Assembly (NCBI RefSeq): GCF_000012905.2
Contig: NC_007493.2
Location: 90,001 to 122,000, forward strand
DNA from: Cereibacter sphaeroides 2.4.1
GTDB taxonomy: Bacteria > Pseudomonadota > Alphaproteobacteria > Rhodobacterales > Rhodobacteraceae
Length of the DNA: 32,000 nucleotides
Direction: 5' to 3'
In this document: one piece after another, positions 27,752 through 32,000 of the stretch
How the letters are laid out: every line of letters starts with the position of its first letter
How positions within the stretch are numbered: the first letter of the stretch is position 1
Translations under genes and position numbers: made by a program
Notes under the pieces: generated by a model
Databases searched by the model: none
Told to the model about the DNA's origin: nothing
The model's input: the letters and a program-made list of their open reading frames with translations, nothing else

Positions 27752-27809
27752 CGCGGCAGGGGGCCATCCTTACTTTCCAAGCAAGCCCTACGGATCAGGA
27801 GAATTGAAT

Positions 27810-28130
27810 ATGTCCACCGTTCCCGTGACGGACGCCACCTTCGACACCGAGGTGCGCAAGTCCGACGTGCCCGTCGTCGTCGATTTCTGGGCCGAATGGT
27901 GCGGCCCCTGCCGGCAGATCGGCCCGGCGCTCGAGGAGCTCTCGAAGGAATATGCCGGCAAGGTGAAGATCGTGAAGGTCAATGTCGACGAGAACCCCGA
28001 GAGCCCGGCGATGCTGGGCGTTCGCGGCATCCCGGCGCTGTTCCTGTTCAAGAACGGTCAGGTCGTGTCGAACAAGGTCGGCGCTGCGCCGAAGGCCGCG
28101 CTGGCCACCTGGATCGCCTCGGCGCTCTGA
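27810..28130 (+). CDS. trxA: thioredoxin
   Basis: 106 aa from ATG 27810 (the track starts at TTG 27804). SD AGGAGA lies 7 nt upstream. Active site WCGPC. The sequence matches what I recall for R. sphaeroides TrxA. Confidence 0.95.
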
Positions 28131-28157
28131 GATCCTCTGCCATAGCAGAGACCGGAC

Positions 28158-28184
28158 GGGGCGCCTTCGGGCGCCCTTTTCCTT
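28158..28184 (+). terminator. intrinsic terminator of trxA
   Basis: GGGCGCC-TTCG-GGCGCCC forms a 7-bp GC stem with a tetraloop, followed by TTTTCCTT, 28 nt after the trxA stop. Confidence 0.8.
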
Positions 28185-28262
28185 GAGCAAGCGACCGACC
28201 GCGACGGGCGAGGATCCGGTGCCCCGCCAAGGCCGCAGAGGGCACCCGTTTCATCTCGACGC

Positions 28263-29171
28263 TCAGAAATGCCAGCCATGGCGGGCGAAGCGGGCCATGA
28301 TCTGCGCCTCGGCCTCGGGCGCCGCGCCATTGATCGTCTGGAGCTGGAAGAACCAGTAGAGGTAACGCTCGTGATCCGGCAGCGTGCCTTCTGCCTTCTG
28401 GAAGGCCCGCTCGACGCCCTCGCGCGGCACCGAGCCTGCGATATGGTGGAAATCGACGCCGGCAAACAGCACGGCGGGCTTGCGCAGGAAATAGCCGGTC
28501 AGCGCCACCGAGGAATTCTGCGTCACAACCAGATCGCAGGCGGCCAGAAGCGCCAGAGGATCGGAGCGCACCACCGACAGCCGCGGATGGCGCCGCACCA
28601 GATCCTCGAGCGCATGGAGATCGGCGGCCGAATAGGTCTCGCGCGGGTGAAGCGTCGCGCGGATCGGCCGCAGATCGTGTTCGAGCGTGGCCTGGATCAT
28701 GGCCAGCGGGCTCATCGACTGGAATGAGCGGTGCTCGGAGATCCGGCCCTGCAGCGGCATGAACAGGAAACCGTCGCGGGAACAGGTCCGCTCGCCCACC
28801 AGATGCCGCCGCCACCGCTGGAAGAAGGGTCGCGCCGCCGCGGGATCGACCGTGTCGGGATCGAAGGCCGCCTGCGCCACGTCGAACCACCAGCGCTGGT
28901 TCGTGGCCTCGATCTGCCAGAATGGGTTCTGATACGCCTGCCGCAGGCAGAGGCAGCGCGGCCCCACCGGCTCCTGCATGTGAAAGAGGCTCCAGCCCTG
29001 ACGGCGATAGGGGTCGGCCCGCTCCTCGGGCGTGTCGCCATGCACCGCGATCCTGAGACCGTGGGGTGCCACCGCGGCCTCGATCCGGTTCACGATGTTG
29101 ACCTTCCCTGCCGCGGCATCCTCGCGCATGGGGGAGGGCAGATAGATGTTGAGAATGCGGCTGTGCGGCAT
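28263..29171 (-). CDS. hypothetical protein with capsule-polysaccharide-biosynthesis (KpsS/KpsC-like) sequence pattern
   Basis: 302-aa ORF with a GGAAGGGGA SD-like run upstream of ATG 29171. The C-terminal half (FLFMPLQGRISEH ... TLHPRE ... LLAACDLVVTQNSSVALTGYFLRKPAVLFAGVDF) resembles the Capsule_synth pattern (PLQ..D, K.HP, VvT.nStvg.EAl..gkPV...G). The assignment is by eye only. Confidence 0.55.
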   Translation of the reverse strand: MPHSRILNIYLPSPMREDAAAGKVNIVNRIEAAVAPHGLRIAVHGDTPEERADPYRRQGWSLFHMQEPVGPRCLCLRQAYQNPFWQIEATNQRWWFDVAQAAFDPDTVDPAAARPFFQRWRRHLVGERTCSRDGFLFMPLQGRISEHRSFQSMSPLAMIQATLEHDLRPIRATLHPRETYSAADLHALEDLVRRHPRLSVVRSDPLALLAACDLVVTQNSSVALTGYFLRKPAVLFAGVDFHHIAGSVPREGVERAFQKAEGTLPDHERYLYWFFQLQTINGAAPEAEAQIMARFARHGWHF

Positions 29172-29258
29172 CTTTCCCCTTCCGGCTTCCCCGGACCATG
29201 CCGCAAGAAGGCTAAGGTGCGCTTAACGCCGCCGGTCCGGCGGGCGGCCGCCGCACGG

Positions 29259-29289
29259 GTTGTGCCCCCGGATCGGCGACTCCATATAG
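29259..29289 (+). promoter_or_regulatory. candidate heat-shock (RpoH-type) promoter for hslVU
   Basis: GTTG (29259-29262) sits upstream of CCATATAG (29282-29289), about 20-50 nt upstream of the hslV ATG. It resembles the alphaproteobacterial sigma-32 TTG / CCATAT-type elements, but the spacing is 1-3 nt longer than I would expect. Confidence 0.25.
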
Positions 29290-29307
29290 GCGCAAACGGA
29301 GGGTTTC

Positions 29308-29865
29308 ATGGCAGAAGACAGGTTTCCCGGGTGGCACGGCACGACCATCCTCGCCGTGCGCCGGGGTGGCGAGGTCGTCGTCGCGGGCGACGGGCAGGTG
29401 AGCCTCGGCCAGACGGTCATCAAGGGCACGGCGCGCAAGGTCCGCAGGCTCTCGCCCGGCGGGCACGAGGTGGTGGCAGGCTTCGCGGGCTCGACCGCCG
29501 ATGCCTTCACGCTGCTCGAGCGGCTGGAAAAGAAGCTGGAAGCCGCGCCCGGCCAGCTGGCCCGCGCCTGCGTCGAGCTGGCGAAGGATTGGCGCATGGA
29601 CAAGTATCTGCGCAACCTCGAGGCGATGCTGATCGTGACGGACGGCGAGACGCTTCTCGTCCTCACCGGCGCGGGCGACGTGCTCGAGCCCGAGCATGAC
29701 GTGACGGCCATCGGCTCGGGCGGAAACTTCGCGCTCGCCGCCGCCCGCGGCCTGATGGCCACGGACCTGCCGGCCGAGGAGATCGCCCGCAAGGCCATGG
29801 CGATCGCGGCCGACATCTGCGTCTACACGAACGGCAATCTGACGGTGGAGCGTATCTCGAAATGA
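29308..29865 (+). CDS. hslV: ATP-dependent protease subunit HslV
   Basis: 185 aa. N-terminal HGTTILAV carries the catalytic Thr. Typical HslV motifs GDGQVSLG and [14 protein letters not shown] are present. Confidence 0.95.
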
Positions 29866-31163
29866 CCGACCTGACCCCGCGCGAGATCGTCTCGGAGCTC
29901 GACCGCTTCATCATCGGCCAGAAGGAGGCGAAGCGCGCCGTGGCGGTGGCGCTCCGCAACCGCTGGCGGAGGAAGCAGCTGGCCGACGACCTGCGCGACG
30001 AAGTCTATCCCAAGAACATCCTGATGATCGGCCCGACCGGCGTCGGGAAGACCGAGATCTCGCGCCGTCTGGCCCGGCTGGCCAAGGCGCCCTTCCTGAA
30101 GGTCGAGGCCACGAAGTTCACCGAGGTGGGCTATGTCGGCCGCGACGTGGACAGCATCATCCGCGATCTGGTGGATGCGGCCATCGTCGAGACCCGCGCC
30201 CGGATGCGCGAGGATGTGAAGGCCCGCGCGGCGAAGGCCGCCGAGGACCGCGTGATCGAAGCCGTCGCCGGGCGCGATGCGCGCGAGCAGACCCGCGAGA
30301 TGTTCCGCGGCAAGCTGAAGCGCGGCGAGCTCGACAGCACGGTGATCGAGATCGACGTCGCCGATACGTCGAACCCGATGCAGATGCTCGACCCCACCGG
30401 GCAGGGCCAGATGGGGATGATGAACCTCGGCGAGATCTTCGGGAAGGCCTTCGGCGGGCGCACCCAGCGCCGGAAGATGACCGTGGCCGAAAGCCACGAC
30501 ATCCTGATGAACGAGGAGGCCGACAAGCTTCTGGACGACGAGGTGGTGAAGGCCACCGCGCTCGAGGCGGTGCAGCAGAACGGCATCGTCTTCATCGACG
30601 AGATCGACAAGGTCTGCGCCCGGTCCGACATGCGCGGGGCGGACGTCAGCCGCGAGGGCGTGCAGCGCGACCTGCTGCCGCTGATCGAAGGCACGACCGT
30701 CTCGACGAAATACGGGCCGGTCAAGACCGACCATATCCTCTTCATCGCCTCGGGCGCCTTCCATATCGCCAAGCCCTCGGATCTGCTCCCTGAGCTTCAG
30801 GGCCGCCTGCCGATCCGGGTGGAACTGCGCGCGCTGACCGAAGAGGATTTCGTCCGCATCCTGTCCGAGACCGACAATGCGCTGACGCTGCAATACAAGG
30901 CGCTGATGCAGACCGAGAAGGTGGGCATCACCTTCACCGAGGACGGGATCGCGGCGCTGGCCTCGATCGCGGCCGAGGTCAACCGGTCCGTCGAGAACAT
31001 CGGCGCGCGGCGGCTCTATACGGTGATGGAGCGGGTGTTCGAGGAACTGTCCTTCCATGCCCCCGACCGCTCGGGCGAGGAGGTGACGGTGGACGCGGCC
31101 TATGTCGAGAAGAACCTCGGCGAACTGGCGCGTTCCAGCGACCTCAGCCGCTACGTTCTGTGA
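29862..31163 (+). CDS. hslU: ATP-dependent protease ATPase subunit HslU
   Basis: 433 aa. ATGA overlap with hslV. N-terminus [20 protein letters not shown], Walker [11 protein letters not shown], Walker B VFIDEIDK. Confidence 0.95.
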
Positions 31164-31167
31164 GGCG

Positions 31168-31198
31168 AGCGCCGGCAGGAGACCCTCCTGCCGGCGCT
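31168..31198. terminator. 14-bp perfect hairpin between convergent hslU and the MBOAT gene
   Basis: AGCGCCGGCAGGAG-ACC-CTCCTGCCGGCGCT lies 5 nt after the hslU stop and 16 nt before the convergent stop. There is no U-tract on either strand. Confidence 0.45.
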
Positions 31199-31213
31199 CC
31201 GCGGGCCTTCGGG

Positions 31214-31999
31214 TCAGAAGGCGAAATAGAGGAACTCGGCGGGCGGACTGCCGAAGATGCGCAGCAGGGTGATGCAGAGCACCGCCCCCACCATCAGCCC
31301 GTGCGTCGGCGAGGGCTTCCAGTAGAAGGCGGCGAAACGGGCCCGCTCGCGCGCGGGTGCCTTCGGCGCGGTGTGGGCCTTCAGCCCCACCCATTCCTGC
31401 GTGTTCGGCAGCGCCCAGATGATGAAGAGCCCGAACAGCACCACCACCGTATCGCCGAGATAGAGATAGCCGCCGTGCTCGCCCATCCCGGCGAGGCCAC
31501 GCACCACCGTCAGGGCGTCGGTGAGGGTGGGCGACTTGAAGAAGACGAAGCTCACCGTCACCGCAAGGAAGGTCACCAGCACCTTGACCGGCGACAGGAG
31601 CGACGAGAGCGGCGCAGGGATCCGGGCCCGTCCCGCTGAGGTCGCGCGCCAGCCGTGGTTCGCGACCAGCATGGCCCCGTGCAGCAGCCCGAAGACGATG
31701 AACTGCCAGCCCGCCCCGTGCCAGACCCCGGCAAGGCCCATGGTCACCAGCGTCGGGAAAGCGAGCATCACGAGGAAGGGCAGCACCTGCGGCTTGCGGG
31801 GATTCCAGACCGGCTGGCCGCGCTCCATCCGCCGGCGCATCACGGTCTTGGTGATCGGGTTGTAGAGATAGGCCGTCAGGAAGCGCGTGAGCGTGATGTG
31901 CCAGCGCGACCAGAATTCGATGATCGTCTGCGACTTGTAGGGCGAGTCGAAGTTGAAGGGCAGCAGGATCCCGAACATGAGCCCGAGGCCGATGGCCAT
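31214..31999 (-). CDS. MBOAT-family membrane O-acyltransferase (AlgI/DltB-like), 3' part; the gene continues beyond the window
   Basis: Open to the window edge and multi-TM. MBOAT signatures FWSRWHITLTRFL and the conserved His context GVWHGAGW...GLLHG are present. Confidence 0.85.
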   Translation of the reverse strand: MAIGLGLMFGILLPFNFDSPYKSQTIIEFWSRWHITLTRFLTAYLYNPITKTVMRRRMERGQPVWNPRKPQVLPFLVMLAFPTLVTMGLAGVWHGAGWQFIVFGLLHGAMLVANHGWRATSAGRARIPAPLSSLLSPVKVLVTFLAVTVSFVFFKSPTLTDALTVVRGLAGMGEHGGYLYLGDTVVVLFGLFIIWALPNTQEWVGLKAHTAPKAPARERARFAAFYWKPSPTHGLMVGAVLCITLLRIFGSPPAEFLYFAF

Positions 32000-32000
32000 G

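Noticed and set aside
27752-27809. Sigma-70-type promoter for trxA in the 58-nt addA-trxA gap (TTACTT ... CTACGG).
   Set aside because: The spacing between the candidate -35 and -10 elements is only about 12 nt. The trxA promoters probably lie inside the addA 3' end, and I cannot place them reliably by eye.

Overview
This is a high-GC, densely packed alphaproteobacterial chromosome segment. I call 29 CDS and 1 tRNA, and I see no rRNA, CRISPR array, IS element, integrase or phage genes. From memory of the protein sequences, with no database check, the centre is the Rhodobacter/Cereibacter sphaeroides-type PrrB-PrrC-PrrA (RegB/SenC/RegA) global redox-regulation locus. The H-NS-like spb/hvrA gene and ahcY lie next to it. 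Left flank: metallophosphoesterase and aldehyde dehydrogenase, tRNA-Thr(CGT), a hemD / alphaproteobacterial Mic60 / HemY-like TPR cluster, a tightly coupled tsaD-gpsA-yciI-EVE operon, and a stand-alone TrpB-like gene. Right flank: a PAS-only membrane protein, an overlapping tsaE / AmgK-like kinase / MurU-like nucleotidyltransferase / addB / addA chain, then trxA, an orphan capsule-synthesis-like hypothetical, hslVU and the 3' part of an MBOAT acyltransferase gene. This reads as conserved housekeeping and regulatory core genome. I do not find a convincing undescribed multi-gene system such as a defence island. The leads worth a second look are modest: (1) a 461-nt gene-free gap after tRNA-Thr enriched in GGAGG/CCUCC motifs, a candidate sRNA or leader; (2) a PAS sensor with no transmitter domain next to prrB; (3) small repeat and palindrome elements in the ahcY/GT8, spb and prrC/prrB control regions; (4) lower-GC orphan glycan-related genes (GT8+HD, a KpsS/KpsC-like hypothetical, MBOAT) wedged between housekeeping operons. 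Many long ORFs in the supplied track are antisense or out-of-frame artefacts of the high GC content and were rejected.
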